DNA of 62,607 bases, filler included. It is 4 parts of 4 records of this genome, joined end to end, with 100 filler letters (N's around TTAATTAATTAA, not from the genome) between each part and the next. Parts side by side here need not be neighbours in the genome. Positions count along the whole stretch, not along the records: positions 56,708 to 62,607 come from SRR31156797_1933; 3 more parts are not named here. The stretch is one strand, 5' to 3'. The translations under genes were made by a program, and so were the position numbers. Each line of letters starts with the position of its first letter. Position 1 is the stretch's first letter. Shown here piece by piece: positions 56,608 through 62,607 of the stretch. The notes under the pieces were generated by a model, which did no database searches, was not told the DNA's origin, and saw nothing but the letters and a program-made list of their open reading frames with translations.

Positions 56608-56707
56608 NNNNNNNNNNNNNNNNNNNNNNNNNNNNNNNNNNNNNNNNNNNNTTAATTAATTAANNNNNNNNNNNNNNNNNNNNNNNNNNNNNNNNNNNNN
56701 NNNNNNN
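56608..56707. other. artificial contig spacer
   Basis: N44-TTAATTAATTAA-N44. Confidence 0.98.
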
Positions 56708-58417
56708 CCTTTCAACAACATCAATTCCTAAAAGATCAAGTCCCGTTTTAATCGTTTGAGAAACTGCTTTTGAAAGTATGAGTCTTGACTGGATCATCTT
56801 TTCTTCGCCTTTAAGGATCGGTGTGGAATTATAGAATGAGCTAAACTTCTGCGCGAGATCAAAAATATGGTCAGCTACAAGGTTAGGTTTATATAATTCA
56901 GCGGCTTTTTCAACTGTCTCAGGGAACTTTATCATTGATGTTGCAAGCTGTTTTTCCGCTTCTGTTTCAAGGATGATTCCTGAATTTATATCAATAGTTA
57001 TCCCGTTTTTCTCTGCTTTTCTGAAAATCGAGCAGACTCTTGCAAAGGAATATTGCAGATAAGGAGCAGTATTTCCTTCAAAACTTAGTGCTTTGTTCCA
57101 TGAAAAATCAATGTTGCTGACTCTATTCTGAGAAAGGTCGGCATATTTAAGAGCGCCGGTTCCGACAACTTTTGCAATGTTCATCTTTTCATCCTGCAAA
57201 AGGTCAGGATTCTTTTCATTAACAATTTCATAGGCTCTTTTTTGAGCTTCATCAAGAAGTTCATCAAGCTTAATGGTGTTTCCTGCTCTGGTGCTCAGGA
57301 TCTGTCCGTTAAAAGACATGATACCAAAAGTTACATGATCAAAATTTGCATCCCAACCCAACTTCTCAGAGATCTTAAAGACCTGCTTAAAGTGGCTGAT
57401 CTGGCGGTCATCAGTGACATAAACTGCTTTGTTAAGATCATAGTTTTCTTTTTTAAACTTAACTGTTGCAAGATCACTTGTTGAATATAGAAATGTTCCA
57501 TCTTTTTTTCTAATTATACATGGGTGAAGATTTTCATCTTCTTCAAAAAACACAACAAGTGCTTCGTCATCAACAACTGCTATCTTCTTTTCTTCAAGAA
57601 GTTTAACAACTTCAGGCATCATCGGGTGATAGAATGATTCGCCGTAGTATGTGTCAAATTCAATACCCAAACGATCGTATATTCTCTTACATTCCTTTTT
57701 TGTAATGTCAGAAAAAACTTCCCAGAGCTCATTGTTCTCTTTGTCACCGTTTTGAAGTTTTTCCAGCTCAGCTCTGGCTGCATCTTTAAGTTTCGGATCT
57801 TTGTCAGCTTCATCCCCAAACTTGATATAAATTCTTTCAAGTTCATTGATCGGATCTTTTTCAAAAGCATCTTTATCAAGCCAGTTTCTATAGCCGATGA
57901 TCAGTTTCCCAAACTGAGTTCCCCAGTCACCAAGATGATTGTCAGCAATAACTCTATAACCAACAAAAGTCATTATCCTTTTAATGCTGTCACCGATAAT
58001 TGTGGTTCTAAGATGACCTGCATGCATAGGTTTTGCAATGTTAGGAGAAGAATAATCAATAACCACATCACCCTTAGTGTTAACGTGATCAAAAGACCAT
58101 TTTTCGGTTTCCATTTTCTTGAGGACAGAAGAAATAAAACTTTTATCAAGGAAGATGTTGATAAAGCCGGGGCCTGCGATCTCAAGTTTTTCTATTGTTT
58201 CATTTTCAGGAAAATTGTCGATGAGTTCCTGAGCGATCTGACGGGGAGCCTTTCTAAATATCTTTGCTCCGGCCATTGCGATGTTCGTTTGATAGTCACC
58301 AAACTTTTCATTACTCGCTGGTTGGATAAAGAGTTTGTCCCAATCTGAAAAATCAGAGTCTAATTTTTTTACTGCCTCAGCAAAGAGGTCTGTGATGATC
58401 CCGGTAATTAACTTCAT
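56708..58417 (-). CDS. argS: arginine--tRNA ligase; last codon(s) cut by contig edge
   Basis: DYSSPNIAKPMHAGHLR, HLGDWGTQFG, GNTAPYLQY; start CAT 58415-58417 after GAGGG. Confidence 0.97.
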
Positions 58418-58511
58418 GTTCCCTCGTCTAAAAAATAACGCAGGAATGTATAGCACAAAGTGAAAAGAAGCTCAAATTTTGAATTTTTTTTCGCAACAAT
58501 TTCAAACTTCT

Positions 58512-58552
58512 ATGTAAAAAACTTTCGACTAAATGTAAAAAATACTTGACAT
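58512..58552. promoter_or_regulatory. tandem candidate XRE operators
   Basis: ATGTAAAAAACTTTCGACT and ATGTAAAAAATACTTGACAT, 21 bp apart; the second overlaps the -35. Confidence 0.6.
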
Positions 58553-58574
58553 AAAGTCTGGTGTAGATTACATT
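58546..58574 (+). promoter_or_regulatory. sigma-70 promoter
   Basis: TTGACA-N17-TACATT. Confidence 0.75.
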
Positions 58575-58627
58575 GTGTATGGTCGAGTTGACTTTTTGTA
58601 AACTTAGTCATACCAACGGAGGTTGAC

Positions 58628-59074
58628 ATGGAATATCAGGAAAAAAGGGCTTTAGTTAATCTTACAACAACAATAGTTTTTTTCGCAGTGTACTATTTTT
58701 ACGTTTATGGACAGTATACTGAGTTGGGTATAGCTGACGGGACAGACCTTACTTTCTGGGCGAAGTACATTCTCTGGCTCATACCGTACATGATAGTTTT
58801 AAAGATCATTGTTCACATAATTATGAACGTTGTGACCGTAGCGGTAACCAAACAGGGGCCAAAGGAACTTGAAGATGAGATGGATAAATTAATTGATCTG
58901 AAGGCAACAAGGAATGGTTATATAGTTTTTATGTTCGGGTTTTTGTTCTCAATGCTGGCACTAGTCATGGAGTACTCTCCTCACACAATGTTCATGATCA
59001 TGTATGCTGCTTTTATTGTATCAGGTCTCATAACAGAAGGATCAATGTTCTATTACTATAAGAGGGGAGTGTGA
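58628..59074 (+). CDS. membrane protein, DUF2178-like
   Basis: 4 TM segments; DEMDKLIDLKA (DERD-type) motif; ends YYKRGV; next to an XRE gene. Confidence 0.7.
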   Translation: MEYQEKRALVNLTTTIVFFAVYYFYVYGQYTELGIADGTDLTFWAKYILWLIPYMIVLKIIVHIIMNVVTVAVTKQGPKELEDEMDKLIDLKATRNGYIVFMFGFLFSMLALVMEYSPHTMFMIMYAAFIVSGLITEGSMFYYYKRGV

Positions 59075-59075
59075 T

Positions 59076-59303
59076 ATGGCTAAATGTCAGATAAATAACA
59101 ACATTCGAAAGCTGCGTTTTGAGAACGATGAGATGACCCAGCAGCAGCTTGCAGATCTCTCCGGAGTCACAAGACAGACAATTGTGGCAATTGAAAAGGG
59201 AAAATATTCTCCATCTCTTGAGCTTGCGTTTAAAGTTGCGCTTGCATTCAAGGTGCCGCTTGAGGAAGTTTTCTCTTATGAAGAACAAGAGAAGAATAAA
59301 TAA
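59076..59303 (+). CDS. XRE-family HTH regulator
   Basis: MTQQQLADLSGVTRQTIVAIEKGKYSPSLELAF. Confidence 0.95.
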   Translation: MAKCQINNNIRKLRFENDEMTQQQLADLSGVTRQTIVAIEKGKYSPSLELAFKVALAFKVPLEEVFSYEEQEKNK

Positions 59304-59308
59304 GGATA

Positions 59309-60307
59309 ATGGAGGAAAAAATGAAAGCAGTTTTACATACAAAATACGGAGAGCCCGAGCTTCTTGAATATAAAGATGTTCCGACTCCTGAACCGAAGGA
59401 AAACGAAGTTCGTATCAAGATACATTCAACATCAGTGACAAGTGCGGATTGCAATGTTAGAAGTCTTTGTTTTGCTCCGAAAATTGCAAGACTTCCAGCA
59501 AGGATGTTCTTTGGGTTTTATACTCCGAAATTTAATATTCTGGGGACAGAGTTTTCAGGAGTTATAGACAAGGTTGGAAAAGATGTGAAAAAATTCAGGG
59601 TGGGCGATGCTGTTCTTGGAACTCCTAAAATGGAGTTAGGAGCTCATGCAGAATATAAAGTAATGGCGGAAGATGGAAATCTCCTTAAAAAACCGGAAGA
59701 TGTATCTTTTGATCAAGCGGCTTCTCTACTTTTTGGCGGTAACACCTCTCTTTACTTTTTAAGAGATAAGGCACAAATTCAAAAAGGCCACAAAGTTCTG
59801 ATCTATGGTGCTTCGGGGTGTCTTGGAACATACGGTGTGCAGCTTGCAAAACATTTTGGTGCCGAGGTTACAGCAGTTTGCAGTACAGGTAAGATTGACA
59901 TGATGAAAGAAATAGGTGCAGACTATGTGATCGATTACACTAAAGAAGATTTTACCAAAGGTAATGAAAAGTACGATATTATCTATGACACTGTGGGAAA
60001 AGCACCAGTCTGTGACAGCAGGAAGGTATTAAAAAAGGAAGGTGTGTATCTTTCAGCCTATTTTAGACTTGAAGATATTTTAGCATCAATGTGGACAGGA
60101 ATTACCGGTAGCAGAAAAGTGCTTCTTGTGGGATCAGCTTCTGAAACTCTCGACAACTATGGGTTTCTCACGGATCTTATGGCAAAAGGAGTGCTCAGGT
60201 CAGTTATTGACAGAACTTTTCCTCTGAAAGATGCTGCAAAAGCTTTTAGATATGTCGAACAAGGTCATAAAAAGGGAAATGTAGTATTAAAAGTTTCAGG
60301 AGAGTAA
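59309..60307 (+). CDS. NAD(P)-dependent medium-chain oxidoreductase (Zn-independent MDR)
   Basis: GASGCLG, GADYVIDY, GHKKGNVV. Confidence 0.92.
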   Translation: MEEKMKAVLHTKYGEPELLEYKDVPTPEPKENEVRIKIHSTSVTSADCNVRSLCFAPKIARLPARMFFGFYTPKFNILGTEFSGVIDKVGKDVKKFRVGDAVLGTPKMELGAHAEYKVMAEDGNLLKKPEDVSFDQAASLLFGGNTSLYFLRDKAQIQKGHKVLIYGASGCLGTYGVQLAKHFGAEVTAVCSTGKIDMMKEIGADYVIDYTKEDFTKGNEKYDIIYDTVGKAPVCDSRKVLKKEGVYLSAYFRLEDILASMWTGITGSRKVLLVGSASETLDNYGFLTDLMAKGVLRSVIDRTFPLKDAAKAFRYVEQGHKKGNVVLKVSGE

Positions 60308-60313
60308 GAAAAA

Positions 60314-61303
60314 ATGAAAGCAGTTACATGTAGAAAATACGGTCCGCCTGAAATTCTTAATATTGAAGAGTTAAAAAAACCTGCTCCAAAAGAAGATGAG
60401 GTCCTGATAAAAGTTCATGCTGCTATAGTATCTCCTCCTGATTGTGCTTTTAGAAAAGCGGAACCATTTATTGTAAGGTTTTTTGCGGGATTTTTTAAAC
60501 CGAAGAACCCGGTACCTGGAGAACTTTTTTCAGGAGTTGTCGAAAGTGTCGGACAAAGTGTGACCAGATTTAAAGAGGGTGATGAAATATTCGGGTCAGC
60601 CGGTATGAATCTTGGAGCATACGCTCAGTATGTCTGTGTAAAAGAGTCAGAGATGCTTGTTAAAAAACCAGAAGAGATCAGTCACGTAGAAGCTGCGGGC
60701 ATTGGTGACGGTCCAATAACGGTCTTGCCTTTTTTAAGAGATAGTGCCGGGCTTGAAAAAGATCAGAAAATTCTAATTAACGGCGCATCAGGAAGTGTGG
60801 GTATTGCTGCGGTTCAGGTTGCAAAATTTTTAGGTGCTCATGTGACGGGAGTTTGCAGCTCTTCAAATATTGAAATGGTGAAGGGTCTTGGAGCTGATCA
60901 AGTTATAGATTACACATTAGAAAAATTCTTTTCATCAAATGATAAATGGGATGTTGTCTTTGATGCTGTTGGAAAAAGCTCGTTTTCAGAGTGTAAAAAT
61001 GTGTTGACTGATAACGGTGTGTACATGACAACTGTTCCATCTTTTGGTGTGATGTCAAGGATGATGCTCAGCTCAAAAAGCAAAGGGAAAAGGGCTGTCT
61101 TTTCTGCAACAGGACTGCGAAAAGTGGAAGATAAAACAAAAGACACGATCTTTTTAAGAGACCTCGTTGCAAAAGGAAAGATAAAAATAGTAACGGACAA
61201 GGTCTACCCGATGGAAGAGATGGTTGAAGCTCAGACCTATGTTGAGACTGGTCATAAAAAAGGAAATGTTGTTGTAAATATTATCCAAGGAGAATCAGAA
61301 TGA
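60314..61303 (+). CDS. NAD(P)-dependent medium-chain oxidoreductase (Zn-independent MDR), paralogue
   Basis: NGASGSVG, GADQVIDY, GHKKGNVV. Confidence 0.92.
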   Translation: MKAVTCRKYGPPEILNIEELKKPAPKEDEVLIKVHAAIVSPPDCAFRKAEPFIVRFFAGFFKPKNPVPGELFSGVVESVGQSVTRFKEGDEIFGSAGMNLGAYAQYVCVKESEMLVKKPEEISHVEAAGIGDGPITVLPFLRDSAGLEKDQKILINGASGSVGIAAVQVAKFLGAHVTGVCSSSNIEMVKGLGADQVIDYTLEKFFSSNDKWDVVFDAVGKSSFSECKNVLTDNGVYMTTVPSFGVMSRMMLSSKSKGKRAVFSATGLRKVEDKTKDTIFLRDLVAKGKIKIVTDKVYPMEEMVEAQTYVETGHKKGNVVVNIIQGESE

Positions 61304-62607
61304 GTTCAGATACAGCAAAAAAGCGTGGATTTGAATATAAAAGTAAGTTTAAGATCTTTGGGATTCCGTTTATTCACATTTCCTTCGTTTACGGAAAATA
61401 TTTTATTCCTAAACCTGCAAAGGGAATTATTTCAATAGGTCATTTCGGAGTAGGAATAATCAATATTTCTCAAGTTGGGATTGGTGTTTTTAATATTGGA
61501 CAGATCGCGATTGCTGTTTTTGCAATTGCTCAGGTTGCACTTTCATATTCATGTATTGCTCAGGTAGCTATATTCTTTAATTCGGGTTCTGGCTACGTTG
61601 AAGTAGATCTCAAACAAGAATATGCTGCATATACCTGTGAATCAGACTACAGCTATAAGGTTCCTGAAAAGATTGACGATAGTTTAGATGTCGGTCATCT
61701 TGAAAAAGTTGGAATCAATCCGACATTTCTTGAAGAAGCTGTAGGTCATCTAGAGTGTGGCCGGTATAAAGAAGTGCATTCGATGCTCATCTTCAAGGAC
61801 GACAAACTTGTTTTGGAAGAGTATTTTAAGGGGCATAAATTTCAATGGAATGTGCCAGGTCAGATCGGTGCATTGGTAGATTGGGACAGGGAAACGCCAC
61901 ACGATATATGTTCAGATGCAAAAAGTGTAACTTCTGCTCTTATTGGAATTGCAATTGATAAGGGGTTTATAAAAAGCGTTGATCAGTCTATATTTGACTA
62001 CCTTCCGGAGCATCAGCATCTTAAAAAAGATGGAAGAGAAAGGATAACAATTGAGCATTTATTAACAATGACTTCAGGATTGCAGTGGAAAGAATGGGGC
62101 TCTTCATTTGAGAATATGAAAAATCCAAATGTTGAGATCTGGTTTCAGAAGAAAGACCCAATTACATATATCCTTGAAAAATCTTTGATCAACACTCCAG
62201 GGACAAAGTTTAATTACTCTACAGGGAATATGATGATTCTTGGTGAGATATTAAAAAATTCTTCACAGATGCCGCTTGAGGAATTTTCAAAGAAATATTT
62301 ATTTGAGCAGCTTAATATTAATTCTTTTAACTGGGCATCTAAATTCAAGAATGGTGTTGATAGCAATACATTAGAAATAACACCAAGAGACATGGTGAAG
62401 TTCGGTGTAACATATCTTAATAAAGGCAATTGGAATGGTAAGCAGGTTGTTCCAGAGGAGTGGGTTAATAAAAGTAAGACCCCATTTGCGGGAAATCGCG
62501 GAATTGATGTTCCTGGTGAAGATTCAGGAATATTAGAATACTCCTATTCATGGTGGCTTAAAGAGTACAATATTTCCGGGAAGAAAATAAAGATGTTTTA
62601 TGCAGGA
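61300..62607 (+). CDS. beta-lactamase-family serine hydrolase with N-terminal Gly-rich domain, runs off window end
   Basis: Not in ORF track. ATGA overlap at 61300; manual translation gives VHSMLIFKDDKLVLEEYF, S-D-A-K (SxxK, TCA at 61912), ITIEHLLTMTSG, FNYSTG, TPRDMVKFG. Confidence 0.88.
   Translation, partial: MSSDTAKKRGFEYKSKFKIFGIPFIHISFVYGKYFIPKPAKGIISIGHFGVGIINISQVGIGVFNIGQIAIAVFAIAQVALSYSCIAQVAIFFNSGSGYVEVDLKQEYAAYTCESDYSYKVPEKIDDSLDVGHLEKVGINPTFLEEAVGHLECGRYKEVHSMLIFKDDKLVLEEYFKGHKFQWNVPGQIGALVDWDRETPHDICSDAKSVTSALIGIAIDKGFIKSVDQSIFDYLPEHQHLKKDGRERITIEHLLTMTSGLQWKEWGSSFENMKNPNVEIWFQKKDPITYILEKSLINTPGTKFNYSTGNMMILGEILKNSSQMPLEEFSKKYLFEQLNINSFNWASKFKNGVDSNTLEITPRDMVKFGVTYLNKGNWNGKQVVPEEWVNKSKTPFAGNRGIDVPGEDSGILEYSYSWWLKEYNISGKKIKMFYAG

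Overview
The window is not one locus. It is four unrelated contigs joined by 100-nt N spacers carrying a TTAATTAATTAA stop linker (14076-14175, 25686-25785, 56608-56707). (1) 1-14075, AT-rich and Bacteroidota-like: recJ (partial), lipB, lipA, lysS, gpsA, pgi, a GNAT-like ORF, a secreted Ig-like repeat protein, a PIF1/RecD-like helicase, an AraC regulator and partial long-form ilvC. (2) 14176-25685, GC-rich and spirochaete-like: a lipoprotein, PHP/DRTGG/CBS-kinase genes, a nucleoside deaminase with a BMP-type ABC transporter, a nested cluster of REP-like hairpin repeats, rex with its operator, and the start of an electron-bifurcating [FeFe]-hydrogenase-type operon. (3) 25786-56607, Desulfovibrionaceae (Maridesulfovibrio-like): housekeeping genes (rplU, rpmA, obgE, proB, argB, mobB, moeA, gltA, partial tRNA-Leu) plus the most interesting signals. 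These are an 80-codon TusA/SirA-like selenoprotein missed by the ORF track (in-frame TGA plus SECIS hairpin), a radical SAM-ArsM-like methyltransferase-Cys-rich fusion, three tandem paralogous unknown ~400-aa proteins behind a near-consensus sigma-28 promoter, and a sigma-54-controlled Fe-S/membrane pair without a catalytic subunit. (4) 56708-62607, AT-rich and of unassigned lineage: argS and an XRE-regulated operon ending in a serine hydrolase with a Gly-rich N-terminal domain. No CRISPR array, rRNA or transposase was seen. All assignments come from motif recognition by eye; no searches were run.
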